64,000 nt of DNA, taken from assembly GCF_006345805.1 (NCBI RefSeq), contig NC_043008.1, positions 28,396,001 through 28,460,000 of the forward strand. Reading direction: 5' to 3'. Numbering within the stretch: the first letter of the stretch is position 1; each line of letters begins with the position of its first letter. The DNA comes from Octopus sinensis. Its lineage: Eukaryota. The notes under the pieces are model-generated. The model saw only the letters and a list, made by a program, of their open reading frames with translations. It did no database searches and was not told where the DNA came from. Below, piece after piece: positions 63,478-64,000 of this stretch. A program made the position numbers and the translations under genes.

Positions 63478-64000
63478 GTCGTGTTTTAGATGTTGACACA
63501 GTCATAAGAGAGCTGAGCAAGAACAAACATACAAAATTTAGGGATAAATGAAGGCTCTGGTATTCAGCATGCAAGCATGAAAGAGAAGATCAGGAAGGAA
63601 TGTTATAGGAGAGTTCGTGCAGTCCTGAAATCTGAACTTAATGCACCGTAACAAGGTGTTAGCTATAAAAATTCCTTAGCAGTTCAAGTTGTTACTTATA
63701 GCTACATGTGTTGAACTGAAATAGTGAAGTAAAGAATATAGATATGAAAATACGCAAGCTGCTGAGTTGTAATAGGATGCACCACCCAAAGGCAGACGTA
63801 GATCGCCTTTACCTCCCAGAGCCCAAGGAGGTTGAGGCCTGATCCAATTTGAACTAGCTTACAAAACAACCACAATGGCCTGGCCAAATATCTCGAAATA
63901 ACGAATGACTGGATGCTAAAGCTCGTGGAAAATCACGAGAGACGAAAGAAGCTTCATTCTATCATAAAGGAAAGGAAAGCAACAAATTTGCTATTGATCT
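63478..64000 (+). mobile_element. R4/Dong family A fragment (runs off the window)
   Basis: Nearly identical to ~30790-31310, differing mostly by 1-nt indels. Confidence 0.9.

Overview
This is a repeat-dense eukaryotic window with no confidently intact host protein gene. The repeat landscape (tRNA-derived SINEs, (AAT)n/(TA)n microsatellites, mariners) looks like an Octopus-type cephalopod genome, but that taxon call is pattern recognition only. Contents: five decayed mariner transposons, two L1/Tx1-clade fragments, two CR1-type fragments, four R4/Dong-clade (RLE endonuclease) retrotransposon copies associated with (AAT)n tracts, three Penelope-like element (PLE) fragments, a complete 2.6-kb non-autonomous LTR element, many SINEs, a recurring ~550-bp non-coding repeat and a 100-N gap. 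The most striking unannotated signal is a set of minimal type I hammerhead ribozyme (HHR) motifs. Several have the compensatory U3:A8 core, and they sit in small non-coding inverted-repeat elements and at PLE 3' ends. One is fused to a tRNA-derived head and inserted with an apparent 10-bp TSD into a mariner ORF. One PLE 3' repeat carries a five-unit fixed-spacing CCAAT/CRE array, a TATA box, a Kozak ATG, a splice donor and an HHR. Weak traces of host genes (two paralogous promoter/first-exon motifs, GPCR-like and Ig-like remnants) are reported at low confidence. All alignments, folds and counts were done by eye, so boundaries of decayed elements are approximate.
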